From Bacteriovoracaceae bacterium (GTDB taxonomy: Bacteria > Bdellovibrionota > Bacteriovoracia > Bacteriovoracales > Bacteriovoracaceae), in assembly GCA_018649885.1 (NCBI GenBank), contig JABIHA010000086.1, positions 62,001 through 126,000 of the forward strand: 64,000 bases of DNA, written 5' to 3'. The first letter of the stretch is position 1. Every line of letters begins with the position of its first letter. Positions 9,604-19,644 of the stretch are shown here, one piece after another. The position numbers and the translations under genes are program-made. The notes beneath the pieces were generated by a model, which had not been told where the DNA came from, made no database searches, and saw only the letters and a program-made list of their open reading frames with translations.

Positions 9604-11667
9604 ATGTATAAGTATATTGCAGTGTTGGCACTATGTGTAATGGGGTTTAAGACCATGGCGGGTGATAAGTTTTTATATCTTGAAGAAGTTGAAGGCAAAC
9701 CTGCCTTAGACTGGGTTAAAGCTCAAAATAAAATTTCACTAGATCACTTCTCAAAAAATAAGTCTCTCGCTGATCTACAAACTAAGGCCTTGGGTTTTTT
9801 AAATTCGAAGGACCGAATTCCCTACGGAAAGTTCAGAGGGAAATATATTTATAATTTTTGGCAAGATCAAAAAAATACGAGAGGTATCATTAGGAGAACC
9901 TCTGCAGGAAATTACCTTGCAAAAGATACCACTTGGGACACCGTTTTAGATGTTGATCAACTTGCAGCATTAGAAAAAGAAAACTGGGTTTACAAGGGGC
10001 TGACTTGCCTTGAACCAGATGAGTCACTTTGTTTGCTTCAGCTATCTCGTGGTGGCAAAGATGCCTCTATTTACAGAGAGTACGACCTTGAAAAAAAATC
10101 ATTTGTAAAAGGTGGATTTTATCTTGATGAAGCAAAATCTGATGTGGATTGGATTGATAAAGATACTATTATTGTAGGCACTGATTTTGGCGCCGGTAGC
10201 CTGACTGATTCTGGATATCCTCGAATTGTGAAAATTTGGAAAAGAGGCGCTAAATTAAAAGATGCTAAAACTCTTTTTGAAGGGGATAAGTCTGATGTTG
10301 TTGTCTATGCTTATCGCTTAAGGGAGCGAGCAATCCCTATGATACTAGTGGTTAAGGCCAAAACCTTCTATGAAGGCGAGATCTTTTTAAAGGTAGCAGA
10401 TGCTGATCTTGTGAAGTTAGCTCTTCCTAAAGATGGCGAAGTAAATGGCCTTCTTGATGGGAAACTCATTGTTTCATTAAAATCAGATTGGGATAAAACA
10501 AAATTTCTACAAGGTCAGCTTGTGGCCTTGAATCTATCAAAGCTTTTAGCTGGAGTTGTTGAAGGGAAGGTGATTGCCTCTCCAACAAAGTCAATGACTC
10601 TTGATAAGACTCATGTAAGCGAAAGCAAAATTTTAGTTTCTGTTCTCGAAAATGTTCAGGGCAAAGTTTTTGAGTTTACACCCAGTAAATCTGGATGGAA
10701 GAAAAAACAAATTTCGGTACCAGAAAAAGGAATGGCAAGGATTGTAGATGTTTCACTAAAGGGTGAAGCTTTGATTGAATATGAAAATTTCACGACTCCT
10801 TCAAGTCTATATTATTTTGGGGTTGATCGCGGACTTAGTATTGCTAAAAGCTTGCCCAGTAAGTTTAATTCTAAGGACCTAGTCGTTGCACAAAACTGGG
10901 TGACATCAAAAGATGGAACAAAAGTTCCTTATTTCGTGATTCACAAAAAAGATCTTAAATACAATGGTGCAAATCCAACGCTGCTATACGGATACGGCGG
11001 TTTTGAAATTTCAATGACTCCTTATTACTCATCTTTAATGGGGAACTTCTGGCTTGAAAAAGGCGGAGTATTTGTTCTTTCGAATATTAGAGGTGGTGGA
11101 GAGTTTGGCCCAAGCTGGCATAAACAGGCCCTTAAATTGAATAGAATGCGGGCTTATGAGGATTTCTTTGCTATTGCTGAGGATTTAATAGAGAGAAAAA
11201 TTACTTCACCTGCCAACTTGGGGGCCCAAGGCGGTTCAAATGGGGGACTGTTAATGGGGGTTGCTCTTACTAAAAGACCAGATCTCTTTAATGCTATTGT
11301 TTGTCAGGTGCCACTGCTTGATATGATGAGATATCACAAGCTTCTTGCTGGTGCTTCATGGGTTGGAGAGTATGGCAGTCCTGAAGTAAAAGAGGAAAGG
11401 GATTATCTTCTCACTTATTCTCCCTATCAAAATGTGAAAAAGGATGAAAAATATCCCAAGGCGCTATTTATGACCTCGACAAAAGATGATCGAGTTCATC
11501 CAGGGCATGCCAGAAAAATGGCGGCAAAGATGATGGATATGGGACACGAGCTTTACTATTATGAAAATACTGAAGGTGGTCATGGAGGCTCGGCCAATAA
11601 TAAGCAAAGAGCTTATTGGTATGCACTGATGTACACCTACTTATACGAAACTCTAGGATTAAAATAA
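9604..11667 (+). CDS. Prolyl oligopeptidase (S9A), secreted
   Basis: GGSNGG nucleophile, DDRVHP, EGGHG; YGYGGF; signal peptide. Confidence 0.95.
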   Translation: MYKYIAVLALCVMGFKTMAGDKFLYLEEVEGKPALDWVKAQNKISLDHFSKNKSLADLQTKALGFLNSKDRIPYGKFRGKYIYNFWQDQKNTRGIIRRTSAGNYLAKDTTWDTVLDVDQLAALEKENWVYKGLTCLEPDESLCLLQLSRGGKDASIYREYDLEKKSFVKGGFYLDEAKSDVDWIDKDTIIVGTDFGAGSLTDSGYPRIVKIWKRGAKLKDAKTLFEGDKSDVVVYAYRLRERAIPMILVVKAKTFYEGEIFLKVADADLVKLALPKDGEVNGLLDGKLIVSLKSDWDKTKFLQGQLVALNLSKLLAGVVEGKVIASPTKSMTLDKTHVSESKILVSVLENVQGKVFEFTPSKSGWKKKQISVPEKGMARIVDVSLKGEALIEYENFTTPSSLYYFGVDRGLSIAKSLPSKFNSKDLVVAQNWVTSKDGTKVPYFVIHKKDLKYNGANPTLLYGYGGFEISMTPYYSSLMGNFWLEKGGVFVLSNIRGGGEFGPSWHKQALKLNRMRAYEDFFAIAEDLIERKITSPANLGAQGGSNGGLLMGVALTKRPDLFNAIVCQVPLLDMMRYHKLLAGASWVGEYGSPEVKEERDYLLTYSPYQNVKKDEKYPKALFMTSTKDDRVHPGHARKMAAKMMDMGHELYYYENTEGGHGGSANNKQRAYWYALMYTYLYETLGLK

Positions 11668-11669
11668 TA

Positions 11670-11752
11670 AAAAAAAAGCCCCGCTAAATATCTTACTATT
11701 ACCCACATCTTTGATGTGGGTAATAGTAAGATATTTAGCGGGGCTTTTTTTT
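11670..11752. terminator. Bidirectional intrinsic terminator with unusually long perfect stem
   Basis: 32-bp perfect arms 11678-11709 / 11713-11744, TTT loop, flanked by A9 and T8 runs, between convergent genes. Confidence 0.8.
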
Positions 11753-12203
11753 ATGCTTTTTTCTTAGTTGTCTTTTTTCTTATAACTTTTTTACGAGGCT
11801 TCACTTTCCTAGAGGTTGTGGTTTTCTTCTTTGTGGCCTTCTTTTTAGTCTTTTTCTTTGTTACTTTCTTCTTGGCCTTTTTGGCGTAGCCTTCGACCTT
11901 CTTTTGTAATTTACTTATCTCTTTCTTCTGAGTGGTCACAAATTTCTTGGCCCTTTTTATCTCAGTTTGGATTGCTTGGTTGAGAGTTTTCTCAATAAGC
12001 TTTCTCTCTTTTTGAATTTTCTTTTTTAAAGAAATAAGATCCTTATCTACAATATTGTTAATATCTTTTTGAGTTTGCTTGATTAGATTTTTAATCGTTT
12101 TTTCAAGGCCTTTCATATCTTTGTTTTTGACATAGTCAGAGACATTTTCTTTAAGATCTTTCCAAGCTTTTAAAAGGTTTTTCATCTTAGCGTTATCACT
12201 CAT
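11751..12203 (-). CDS. Lysine-rich protein: helical N-terminus with histone-H1-like tail
   Basis: 150 aa, C-terminal KKKVTKKKTKKKATKKK...; GAGG RBS upstream. Confidence 0.7.
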   Translation of the reverse strand: MSDNAKMKNLLKAWKDLKENVSDYVKNKDMKGLEKTIKNLIKQTQKDINNIVDKDLISLKKKIQKERKLIEKTLNQAIQTEIKRAKKFVTTQKKEISKLQKKVEGYAKKAKKKVTKKKTKKKATKKKTTTSRKVKPRKKVIRKKTTKKKA

Positions 12204-12239
12204 TTTGATTCCTCTTTGGTTTCTAAATTATGGGTCTTA

Positions 12240-14018
12240 TCATATATAAATATTTGAAGCTTTACAAATGGGAATTCGGTACCCAAATCCAAAACTTTTG
12301 GTCTTTACTTTAATTATTGGAGGGAATTGCTTTCTTTTGTACTCAGATCGCTGATACAAATCAATAACCTTCCTGATTTGCTCCTGATCATGGCCTAGCT
12401 GGGCCAAGTCACTTACTCCAAGTCTGTAACTTAGAAAACCTTCCAAAATTGCATCTAGTATTTCATAGGGAGGTAAACTTTGATCATCTCTTTGGTTTTC
12501 CCGAAGCTCAGCTGTAGGGGGCCTTGTAATTATTTCTTCAGGAATGATTCCATTGTATTTTTGATTAATAAATTCACAAAGTCTAAATACCTCAGTTTTA
12601 TAAAGATCTCCAAGCACACTTATGGCCCCTACTGAATCACCATAAAGAGTAGAGTAGCCCACACTAATTTCGCTTTTATTTGAAGTGTTTAAAACCATCG
12701 CCCCTGTTTGGTTAGACCTTGTGTACAAAAAACATCCTCTTAGCCTTGACTGGATATTTTCATCACTTAAGCCTTCAAGAGGTGTCCCAAAATATTCATT
12801 TAATTGGTTTCTAGCAGTTGAATGGAAAAATTTAATGGGAAGATTGATTTGTTTGATACCAAGATTTTGACAAAGATTTGTTGAAAGCTCATAGCTAAGA
12901 GTTGAGGAATAAAGTCCTGGCATAAAAATAGCTTCAAGTTTTGCACTTTCTTTCAATGCCATCTTAGCAAGTACCAATGTCAGAGCTGAATCTATCCCTC
13001 CTGAGTTGGCCACAAGTAGGTCATCAAAACCGCATTTCGATGCATATTCAGATATTCCAAAACATAGAGCAGCGATAACTTTTTCACACTGCAAGTCAGT
13101 CCACCTTCTCAGCGTTACAGGACTTTGCTGGTAATCAAGCTCAGGGTTAAAAAGCTCTTCCCAAGTATTATCAGTATTTGTTTGGTAATTAATTTTGTCA
13201 GACACATTACTGTCAATTTTAAATTGAGCTGTATCTGATTGGAAGGCCTTTAAGCATTTGATGGAAAACTTACCACCATCAACTTGTTTCATGAAAAAGC
13301 TTTGGCCATCAAAGAGTATTTCATCCTCTCCTCCAACGCGGTTGACGTAAGCAAAGCCTGCTGAGATTCCCCCAACTATTTCTTTTGCCCTTTCGATTCT
13401 TTTTTCTTGTTTGCCTATGTGAAATGGACTAGCACTAAGATTGACTAGCAGGTCACATCTCTTGTCCTGCTTGGCCAACATTTTTGCCATATCACTTATT
13501 GGGTCAATATTATGAATGGTGGATGTCCAGATATCTTCACAAATACTAAGGCCGATCCCAACTCCTTCCCATTCTAAATATCCAACCTCCTCACCAGCAG
13601 TAAAATATTTTTTCTCATCAAATATATCGTAATTGGGGAGCAGCTTTTTTGTGTAATATTTTTTCAGCCCTTTTCCAGGTTCAAGGCCATAAATAACATT
13701 TTTTATGGTAGTTGGGATTGCGTGCTTTCTCTCTTGATCACTGCTCCAGCTGTACTCAAGTCCACCCATGAGAAATAAAACCTTGGAAGAGAAGGCCTCA
13801 ATACTTTTACTCAGTTTATCGATCTGCTCCAAATGACTTAGGTAGTTTTCGATAAATCCCTTTTGGAGACAAAGATCTTGCAGGGGATAGCCACAAAGAA
13901 AGAGCTCGGGAAACAAGTGAATTCCTGGAGCTGCCTCATCCATGATCTTCTCTAGATAGGCTGCAATAGCCGTGAAGTCACCTACTTGGTGGTGAGTTTG
14001 ATAAATATGGACCTTCAT
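12240..14018 (-). CDS. nadE: Glutamine-dependent NAD+ synthetase
   Basis: Nitrilase domain (FPELF, LLPNYDIFDEK, ICEDIW) plus synthetase domain (SGGIDS, ENIQSRLRG, NKSE, GYSTLYGD); start moved to MKVHIY. Confidence 0.95.
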   Translation of the reverse strand: MKVHIYQTHHQVGDFTAIAAYLEKIMDEAAPGIHLFPELFLCGYPLQDLCLQKGFIENYLSHLEQIDKLSKSIEAFSSKVLFLMGGLEYSWSSDQERKHAIPTTIKNVIYGLEPGKGLKKYYTKKLLPNYDIFDEKKYFTAGEEVGYLEWEGVGIGLSICEDIWTSTIHNIDPISDMAKMLAKQDKRCDLLVNLSASPFHIGKQEKRIERAKEIVGGISAGFAYVNRVGGEDEILFDGQSFFMKQVDGGKFSIKCLKAFQSDTAQFKIDSNVSDKINYQTNTDNTWEELFNPELDYQQSPVTLRRWTDLQCEKVIAALCFGISEYASKCGFDDLLVANSGGIDSALTLVLAKMALKESAKLEAIFMPGLYSSTLSYELSTNLCQNLGIKQINLPIKFFHSTARNQLNEYFGTPLEGLSDENIQSRLRGCFLYTRSNQTGAMVLNTSNKSEISVGYSTLYGDSVGAISVLGDLYKTEVFRLCEFINQKYNGIIPEEIITRPPTAELRENQRDDQSLPPYEILDAILEGFLSYRLGVSDLAQLGHDQEQIRKVIDLYQRSEYKRKQFPPIIKVKTKSFGFGYRIPICKASNIYI

Positions 14019-14137
14019 ATCGACTTCCTGCATTAATTGGTAAAGACAAGGATAGCACATCTCGAGTGCAATGTATTTGCCTCCGGATGTTGCCGTCAAT
14101 TCTAAGTTTTGATAGACAATGTGCGAGAGGAAATTCT

Positions 14138-15511
14138 ATGGCAGATAAAATGAAAGTAGCGGTTATTGGAGCAGGGCTTGCTGGAAGTGAAGCAGCCTAT
14201 TTTTTAGCGCAAAGAGGCGTGAGTGTCTTTTTATTCGAGTCAAAAACTCTCGCTCTTGGTCCGGCCCAATCAGTGAAAACGGCTTGTGAATTAGTTTGTA
14301 CCAATTCATTGAAATCAGCTGCGCAGGCTTCAGCACATGGAATGCTTAAGCTCGAAATGGAGAAGTTTGGCTCAGTTGTATTAAAAGCAGCAAAGATAAC
14401 TTGTGTCCCTGCAGGATCGGCTCTGGCCGTGGACCGAGATAAGTTCTCACAAACTGTAGATCAAATGCTTAATGAGCACGAGCTGATCACTAGGATAGAA
14501 AAAGACGTTAAAAATCCCATCGAGCTTTTTGAGAGTTATGGTGTAAATTCAGTGATTGTGGCCTCTGGACCTTTGACAAATGCTGGGCTCAGCAGTTGGT
14601 TGCAAAGTGAGATCTGTGGTGAAGATTTCTTCTTCTATGATGCTATTGCCCCTGTTGTAGATGCTGACACTCTAGATTACTCAAAACTTTATTTTAAAGA
14701 TAGGCACGTCGATCCCAAAGAGAGTGAGAATGTGGCCGATTATCTCAATATCCCACTTGATAAAACTCAGTATGATGAATTTGTTAAAAACTTGACCTTC
14801 GCAGAAAAAGTAAAACCCAAAAATTTTGAAAAAGAGATTTTTTTCGAATCTTGTCTTCCCATAGATTTAATGGCCGAAAGAGGGCCTGAAACTCCTCGTT
14901 TTGGGCCAATGAGACCCATTGGTCTTGAAAAAGAGGACGGTCACAGACCCCATGGAGTGGTTCAGCTGAGAAGAGAAAATTTGCTAGGGGACGCTTTTAA
15001 TTTGGTGGGTTTTCAGACAAGACTGACATACCCAGAGCAGCTCCGGGTTTTAAGAAAGCTTCCAGGTCTCGAGGAGGCCAAGTTTTTAAAGCTTGGCTCT
15101 GTTCATCGAAATTCTTTTTTAAATGCCAAGAAGGTATTAAATTGGGATCTAAGTTGTAAAAAATTTCCGAGTATCCACTTTGCCGGACAGATGATTGGAG
15201 TTGAAGGTTATTCTGAAAGTGCGGCCATGGGTCTTTACGCAGCAATGAGTGTTTATTGTAAGCTTACTAAGGAAGAGTTTCCCCAGTTCCCAGTCGAGTC
15301 AGCTATGGGAGCATTGGTCAATTACATCATGACCTCTCCAAAGCCTGTGCCGTCAAATATCAACTTTGGGCTGCTCCCCCCAGTCACATTGACTAGGGAG
15401 CAAAGAAAAGACAAAAAAAGAAAAATAGTGAAAAAACTTTTGGCCGCGGATAGGGGGAAAGATGTTTTTGATCAGTTTTTTAATAAGCACTTTGACAGCG
15501 TTTTCAATTAG
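14138..15511 (+). CDS. trmFO: Folate/FAD-dependent tRNA m5U54 methyltransferase
   Basis: GAGLAGSEAA, ELVCTNSL, VPAGSALAVDR, FYDAIAP, GSVHRNSF; start after GAGAGG. Confidence 0.95.
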   Translation: MADKMKVAVIGAGLAGSEAAYFLAQRGVSVFLFESKTLALGPAQSVKTACELVCTNSLKSAAQASAHGMLKLEMEKFGSVVLKAAKITCVPAGSALAVDRDKFSQTVDQMLNEHELITRIEKDVKNPIELFESYGVNSVIVASGPLTNAGLSSWLQSEICGEDFFFYDAIAPVVDADTLDYSKLYFKDRHVDPKESENVADYLNIPLDKTQYDEFVKNLTFAEKVKPKNFEKEIFFESCLPIDLMAERGPETPRFGPMRPIGLEKEDGHRPHGVVQLRRENLLGDAFNLVGFQTRLTYPEQLRVLRKLPGLEEAKFLKLGSVHRNSFLNAKKVLNWDLSCKKFPSIHFAGQMIGVEGYSESAAMGLYAAMSVYCKLTKEEFPQFPVESAMGALVNYIMTSPKPVPSNINFGLLPPVTLTREQRKDKKRKIVKKLLAADRGKDVFDQFFNKHFDSVFN

Positions 15512-15566
15512 AAAAACTCCAATAGTACCGGTATAATAAAATCATCACTTTTTCACGGAGAGGCCT

Positions 15567-16454
15567 TTGGCCGGTTTTGGGCTCGTCGTTCTGGCTGCAT
15601 TTTGCTGGGCGATCGACACACTTTTTAGATATCCACTTATTTCCAGTGGTGTGTCTGCACTTCAGATAGTTTTTGTAGAACATTTATTTTTGATGGTTTT
15701 TTCAGGGTATGTTCTTTGGAAATCAAGGCTGATGATCTGGAAAATGGAATTTGGTCACATTTTCTATTTCTTTCTTATAGGTGGATTTGGCTCTGCCATT
15801 GGTACTTTGGCCTTTACCAAGGCCTTTTCGCTTCTCAATCCTTCGTATGTGATTTTGCTCCAAAAGCTCCAACCTCTTGTGGCCATTTCAATGGCCCGAT
15901 TTTTATTGGGTGAGCCTATTTCTAAAAAATTTCTAGCATGGGGGAGCGTTTGTTTGTTGGGTGGTCTGCTCATTAGCTTTCAAGATATTTTTACTGGGGG
16001 CCCCCATCATTTTGAAATCAGTAGAAATAGCTTATATGGCTATGGCCTAGTCTTTTTGGCCGTTGTTAGCTGGGGCTCAGCTACAGTTTTTGGAAAAAAG
16101 CTGTCTATGTCAGGTTTTGATTTTAAAGAAATTATGGCGATGAGGTTTTTCTTTGGATTTGCAGTGCTATTGCCGCTATTTGTAGGAGAAAGTGACACCT
16201 CTATATTTGATGCAGTTGTTTTGGGGAAGATATTTTTAATGGCCCTTATTTCAGGCGCTGTTGCCATGGCACTTTACTACAAGGGGCTGAGTCGAATTTC
16301 TGCCAGAACCTGTGCCATTGCCGAGATGTTCTTTCCCTTGTGTGCTGTGGTCATCAACTGGGTTTTTCTTGGAAAAGGGCTGACAGAGGTTCAGATTGTG
16401 GGCGGAGTTTTGTTAGTCATAGGGTCGACTACTATTCAAATCAAAAACTATTGA
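15567..16454 (+). CDS. DMT/EamA family transporter
   Basis: About 10 TM segments with two EamA repeats; LLQKLQP. Confidence 0.85.
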   Translation: MAGFGLVVLAAFCWAIDTLFRYPLISSGVSALQIVFVEHLFLMVFSGYVLWKSRLMIWKMEFGHIFYFFLIGGFGSAIGTLAFTKAFSLLNPSYVILLQKLQPLVAISMARFLLGEPISKKFLAWGSVCLLGGLLISFQDIFTGGPHHFEISRNSLYGYGLVFLAVVSWGSATVFGKKLSMSGFDFKEIMAMRFFFGFAVLLPLFVGESDTSIFDAVVLGKIFLMALISGAVAMALYYKGLSRISARTCAIAEMFFPLCAVVINWVFLGKGLTEVQIVGGVLLVIGSTTIQIKNY

Positions 16455-16498
16455 TAGGGCGCGACGCAGTTGGCGAAGTGTCTTTCTTGGGATAAAAA

Positions 16499-17476
16499 AT
16501 GGGCATGGAAAAAGTCATACTACCGAAAAGTTTAGAGGGAAAAACCGTTCTAGTGGCGGGAGCCGCAGGTTTTGTCCCCAGTCATGTTTGTGAACTCTAT
16601 GTGGGCCTTGGCGCTAAAGTCATTGGTCTCGACAATTTTGTTACAGGCACAGAAGCTAACCTCACAGGATTAAAATCAAATAGCTTATTTGATTTTAGAG
16701 AGTGCAATATCTTTGAATCTCTCCCAAGTTTTTCGGGAGAGAATATAGATTATATTTTTTCACTGGCCTCTCCTGCTTCTCCGGTTGATTTTTCAAAAAT
16801 CCCTATGGATATCATGAGAGTGAATTCTGAGGGAACTCGTTTTCTTTTAGAACTGGCCAAAGAGAAGAAGGCCCGCTTTTTAGAAGCCTCAACATCTGAA
16901 GTATATGGTGACCCTGAAGTTCATCCTCAAACTGAAGACTATGTGGGACATGTAAATCCCATTGGACCCAGGGCCTGTTACGATGAAGGCAAAAGATTTG
17001 CCGAGGCCATGTGTACTGTCTATAAAAATTTCCACGGAGTAGAGACAAGGATTGTTAGAATCTTTAATACCTACGGTCCAAGAATGCGTCCCGATGATGG
17101 AAGGGTCATTCCCAATTTTATCAATCAAGCGATGAATGATCAGGATATCTCTGTTTACGGAGATGGATCACAGACTCGCTCATTTTGCTTTGTGACAGAT
17201 CTAGTACAGGCCATGCACTATGTTATGCATTCCCCAGTAGATACTCCTGTTAATATTGGAAATCCTGATGAATACACCATTTTAGAGGCCGCTAAATTTA
17301 TTATAGATGTGATGGGATCAAATTCAAAAATCACCCATTTACCTCTACCCAAAGATGATCCAAAAAAGAGAAGACCCGATATCACAAAGCTTCAATCATT
17401 TTCAGACTACGTACCACAGGTAGGTTTTAGAGAAGGTTTACTTGAAACAGTGGAGTTCTTTAAGAGTTGCGTGTGA
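16499..17476 (+). CDS. UDP-glucuronate decarboxylase-like NAD-dependent epimerase/dehydratase
   Basis: GAAGFV, LASPASP, STSEVYGDP, YDEGKR, RIFNTYGP. Confidence 0.9.
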   Translation: MGMEKVILPKSLEGKTVLVAGAAGFVPSHVCELYVGLGAKVIGLDNFVTGTEANLTGLKSNSLFDFRECNIFESLPSFSGENIDYIFSLASPASPVDFSKIPMDIMRVNSEGTRFLLELAKEKKARFLEASTSEVYGDPEVHPQTEDYVGHVNPIGPRACYDEGKRFAEAMCTVYKNFHGVETRIVRIFNTYGPRMRPDDGRVIPNFINQAMNDQDISVYGDGSQTRSFCFVTDLVQAMHYVMHSPVDTPVNIGNPDEYTILEAAKFIIDVMGSNSKITHLPLPKDDPKKRRPDITKLQSFSDYVPQVGFREGLLETVEFFKSCV

Positions 17477-18525
17477 AAGTAGCCATAGTTTGTGATCAGC
17501 TCGTCCATTTTGACTTAAGTATCTCAATTCTTGAGCAGTGGCTGGAATTTTTTCCAGATGCAAAATTATTTGCTCTGGCCCACAGGCCAGGGCAAACCTC
17601 TAAAAGAGTTGAAGAAAGACATATCTATTCAAGCTTTCTTTCAAATTTAGTTTCTGATCAAAAAGCGCTATCAAAATACTCTTTTTTATTTCCTACAGCC
17701 GCCAAGTCAATTGAATTGCCTGAAGATACTGAGCTGGTTTTAACACTTTCCTCAGGATTTTCTCACTTAGTAAAAATTCCTTTAGGAGCAAAGCACTTGT
17801 GTTACTTCTTAGGGGAGAGTGAGGGAGTTGCAAATTTAAGTGGCCTTGGAAAGATATTTCACCCCTTTTTAAAAAAGGCAAGCACAAGAGCACTCAGTGA
17901 AGTTGATACTCTGATGTTGACCAGTGATGTGGAAAAAGAAAAAATTGAAAAGCTGATTCATTTTACAAGAACAAAAGTTTTACCACCCTTTATTGACTGT
18001 CACGATTTTTATCCTAACCAGGACAAGAGTCTTAAGCAGAGCAAACATTTTTTTCATATAGATGACTTTGGTACCAAATTAGCAAAAACTCTTTGGACTA
18101 CCATAAAAGAGAAAGGTGAAAAAGTTTGCATCATTGGTGAACACATTCATAAAGTTGAATATCAAAATAAACATCCCGAAATGGAATTCATTGGCAGAGG
18201 GTGTCTATCTAGTCTCAATGTTTATCTTAACGAAAGTAAATGTTTCTGGGATCTTTCAGCAAACTTCAAAGAAGAGGGTTTATTTCACCTGGCCAAAGGT
18301 ATCCCGATCTTTGCCACTGAATGCGCTGAAAATAGACAGTGGTACCGGAGAGAGGGATGTGTTCTCTACTTTAATGAAAATGATTCCTTCGATCAGTTAA
18401 TGACAAGAAGAGAAAATGCCCTTACTGAAAACCCTCCAGAGCATTTTTTCAGAAAAGCTCAAAGATATAATCTTCCTTATCATAAAACCATTCTTGATCG
18501 TGAGATTGATTTTTGGAGAGTCTAG
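17473..18525 (+). CDS. Divergent GT4-like glycosyltransferase
   Basis: N-terminus KVAIVCD...FPDAKLF...SSFL resembles GT4 proteins; GTG overlaps upstream stop; C-terminal motif degenerate. Confidence 0.55.
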   Translation: MKVAIVCDQLVHFDLSISILEQWLEFFPDAKLFALAHRPGQTSKRVEERHIYSSFLSNLVSDQKALSKYSFLFPTAAKSIELPEDTELVLTLSSGFSHLVKIPLGAKHLCYFLGESEGVANLSGLGKIFHPFLKKASTRALSEVDTLMLTSDVEKEKIEKLIHFTRTKVLPPFIDCHDFYPNQDKSLKQSKHFFHIDDFGTKLAKTLWTTIKEKGEKVCIIGEHIHKVEYQNKHPEMEFIGRGCLSSLNVYLNESKCFWDLSANFKEEGLFHLAKGIPIFATECAENRQWYRREGCVLYFNENDSFDQLMTRRENALTENPPEHFFRKAQRYNLPYHKTILDREIDFWRV

Positions 18526-18526
18526 T

Positions 18527-19519
18527 CTAGTTTTTAATTTGATCTAGGATTAGAGTGATTTTTTTAGTTGTTTGTTCGATAACATCTTCAAATAACCCAT
18601 CAATGATTGTTGCTGAGGAGTGATTGTGACCACCACCGCCCATGGCAACAGCAATATCACCAACATCAACATCGCCTGCAGACCTGAAGCTGACTTTGAC
18701 TTTTCCGTCACCAAGATCTCGAAACATGCAGGCCACTTCAATATTATTTAGTATCAGAAGGTGGTTTATAAAGGCGTGAGTGTCTTCTGAGTGGCCATTG
18801 TATTTCTCAATATCTTCATCTCGAAGTGATATCCAGCCAACTCTTCCACATGGTGTTGCACAAGTTTTTTTGAGAATATCACCTAGCATGTGCATATGGG
18901 ATATTCCCTTGGTGCCATAAATTTTGTTGTAAGCGTTGGGCGGATGAATGCCGGTATCTACTAATTTTGCCAGTAGCCTGTGGGTATTTCCTGTGACTGT
19001 TGGATAGCGAAATGAGCTAGTATCAATGAGAATTGCAGTATAAAGAGGGAGCGCGATTTCCTTTGTGTACTCTATTCCTAAGGCCTCTATAAGATCACCT
19101 ACAATTTGTCCTGTTGCAGCTGCTGAAGTATCAATCGCATGTAAGGCCATCAGCGCTGGTGGACAAGGGTGATGATCAATAAAAAGCAGTTTCTTACTTT
19201 TTTCTAAAAATTTTTGCATATTTGCGCCTATTCTAGTGGCCGCATTTGTATCAACCACAATGAATAGGTCTGCATCGAACTGGGGGTGGGCGCTGATAAA
19301 ATCATCGTGGCCCAAAACAACATTTTCTGGATCTAGATAACTATATCTATCCAGCAGAGGCAAATCGTTTACACAATAAGCATTTTTACCAATAGATTTT
19401 AAGGCCATGCAAAGAGCAATTTGGCTGCCAATACCATCAGCATCTGGAATTAGATGAGTGGTGATAATAATGTTCTTTGCTTCACGCAAAGTGTTTGTAT
19501 AGTTTCTACAATCGAACAT
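18527..19519 (-). CDS. nrnA: DHH/DHHA1 phosphoesterase (nanoRNase/pAp phosphatase)
   Basis: HLIPDADGIGS, IDHH, DTSSFRY, SFRS, GGGGH. Confidence 0.9.
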   Translation of the reverse strand: MFDCRNYTNTLREAKNIIITTHLIPDADGIGSQIALCMALKSIGKNAYCVNDLPLLDRYSYLDPENVVLGHDDFISAHPQFDADLFIVVDTNAATRIGANMQKFLEKSKKLLFIDHHPCPPALMALHAIDTSAAATGQIVGDLIEALGIEYTKEIALPLYTAILIDTSSFRYPTVTGNTHRLLAKLVDTGIHPPNAYNKIYGTKGISHMHMLGDILKKTCATPCGRVGWISLRDEDIEKYNGHSEDTHAFINHLLILNNIEVACMFRDLGDGKVKVSFRSAGDVDVGDIAVAMGGGGHNHSSATIIDGLFEDVIEQTTKKITLILDQIKN

Positions 19520-19593
19520 AGTGAGTCCTTCTCGGAAATTGTACCTTAGAAATTAGGCATTTATAATCACACCCGAGTAAAAGCGTAGGTTAC

Positions 19594-19621
19594 TAAGTTT
19601 GCTATTCGTTTTCTCCGATAT
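19594..19621 (+). promoter_or_regulatory. Candidate sigma28 (FliA)-like promoter
   Basis: TAAG-N16-TCCGATAT 23 nt upstream of CDS 19645; spacing is one longer than the canonical N15. Confidence 0.4.
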
Positions 19622-19644
19622 GAAAGGGAGAGCTAGGAGAGAGA

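Noticed and set aside
14019..14137. Apparent head-to-head overlap of the nadE and trmFO ORFs
   Set aside because: It comes from maximal ORF extension; the likely starts are 14018 and 14138, leaving a normal divergent promoter gap.
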